Assembly (NCBI GenBank): GCA_051294905.1
Contig: CM119378.1
Span: 2,420,001 to 2,484,000 of the forward strand
Direction of reading: 5' to 3'
From: Botryllus schlosseri
Lineage: Eukaryota
DNA length: 64,000 nt
The notes below the pieces were generated by a model, which was not told the DNA's origin, searched no databases, and saw only the letters and a list, made by a program, of their open reading frames with translations. Positions within the stretch are counted from its first letter, which is position 1. Every line of letters starts with the position of its first letter. Shown piece after piece: positions 63,001 to 64,000 of this stretch. The position numbers were made by a program, and so were the translations under genes.

Positions 63001-63943
63001 CTTCTTGATTGTATACACGCTCGGCTGCCCTGCTCTCGTCTAGCTTCGTGGTGTAGTTGGTTAGGTATTGAAATTCTGAATCCAACGATATATTTACTTG
63101 TTGCTTTCACATCAAATTAAGGTCATGTTTTACAGTTTTGAAAAGTGAAGCAAATTTTTTCCGAAATACCAACCAACCGGTTAAAAATGTAATAATTCCA
63201 TGAATGGTTGACTACAGTCACAATGCAATCAATTAGACGTTAGAAATGCTCCGTTGCTTCCATTTATTATTGGGACAGGTGAAATGTGACGTAAGTTTAA
63301 GTAGTTTTGCTCACAATACTGTTGAAGTAGGTGTGGAAATGGTCTAAAAACAAGTAGCCGAAACCTATGCGACTACCCAAAAAAGTTGAACTGCTTCGTT
63401 AGTGACCGCCTCGGTGTAATACATTCTTCATGATGCTGTGAATACGTAGTTAATCATCATTCAGTATTTCTATTGATCCATTCTTTCGTTGAATGGTTCA
63501 CTCGTTACAGTTGAAGCTTCAACGGCTCGCGGAGAAACGCGAGAGAATGCTACAAGAGGAGTTGAAATCGCAAAAAGAGGCAGAAATCCGAGAAAAAGCA
63601 AAATCAGCCTACCAGAAATGGTCGGAGCAGCAGATGCAGAAAGATAAAGAATTACGGGAAAAAGTATGTTGACTGCATGGCCTACTCGAGTACACATTAA
63701 AAGTAGAATTATTTCGATACTGACGGCTTTTGGCAAATTTCTGATATTTCTGATCTCATCGAGGTTAAATTTGCGCGCGCCGCGTTTACCTATAAGAATT
63801 TCGGTTTCTGCCGCAGGAACGGGAGAAGAAAGAAAAGGAACAGGCCGAATTGGAGGAAAGACAGAGAAAGAACGAAGAAAGTTTCCAACAGTGGTTGAAG
63901 AAAGTCAAAGAAAACAGAGCTCCTACATCTTGTCAGAAATCAG
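60100..63943 (+). CDS. CCDC34: Coiled-coil domain-containing protein 34-like, 5' six exons (gene probably continues beyond the window)
   Basis: Exons 60100-60257, 61136-61245, 61728-61852, 62349-62465, 63511-63663, 63817-63943, all GT-AG with consistent phases. Periodic Trp in a charged coiled coil (LTVWEDWLVKK, AEIKHQQW, EKAKSAYQKW, EESFQQWLKK) plus N-terminal LLSPL match my recollection of vertebrate CCDC34. Confidence 0.78.
60452..60740 (+). mobile_element. tRNA-derived SINE (central domain resembles MetaSINE) in CCDC34 intron 1
   Basis: A box TAGCGTAATGG, B box GGTTCAATCCC, then GGTCAGACC...TGGTAT...CTTCCCCACTTAGCGCTCAGCATT. Confidence 0.65.
61971..62090 (+). repeat. Decayed Penelope terminal repeat
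   Basis: ACCC-TTGAAGA-GTGTCAGCCGAAAATATT-GGGGT plus tail ttgtatattgaagttccatacctccaaga. Confidence 0.78.
62619..63180. mobile_element. piggyBac-like MITE in CCDC34 intron 4
   Basis: TTAA|CCGG...CCGG|TTAA ends. Long (~180-bp) imperfect inverted arms (e.g. 62701-62734 vs 63060-63093; 62745-62790 vs 63003-63048). Confidence 0.72.
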
Positions 63944-64000
63944 GTGAAAATAGCGTTTCGGAAGTAGACCATGAACTCTATATTAGGACACGATGTAGTT

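Overview
Intron-rich, repeat-dense animal genomic DNA (invertebrate-like; a tunicate is only a guess). Two host genes are present: a 14-coding-exon SLC6 Na+/Cl- dependent transporter on the minus strand (33722-20635, ~640 aa) and the first six exons of a CCDC34-like gene on the plus strand (from 60100). Three young mobile elements stand out. (1) An 8.27-kb element at 7008-15281 has 1436-bp apparently identical terminal inverted repeats starting AGTAGT, a 6-bp TSD (TACGCT) and no recognisable genes. This is the signature of a non-autonomous Polinton/Maverick, and it is nested in an older hAT MITE. (2) A Penelope-like retroelement at 48240-52223 (RT + GIY-YIG) is arranged as a 1.6-kb perfect inversion. 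Each arm ends in a minimal hammerhead ribozyme with a palindromic stem III and a possible loop-2 pseudoknot. About a dozen decayed copies of that ribozyme-bearing terminus are scattered over nine loci, many as miniature head-to-head pairs. (3) A 4.17-kb Ty3/gypsy LTR retrotransposon at 55630-59797 has a clear -1 frameshift signal, no canonical PBS and a frameshift in RNase H. Chapaev3-like DNA transposon relics, many hAT and piggyBac-like MITEs, tRNA-derived SINEs and LINE fragments fill the rest. All alignments were done by eye and no database searches were run.
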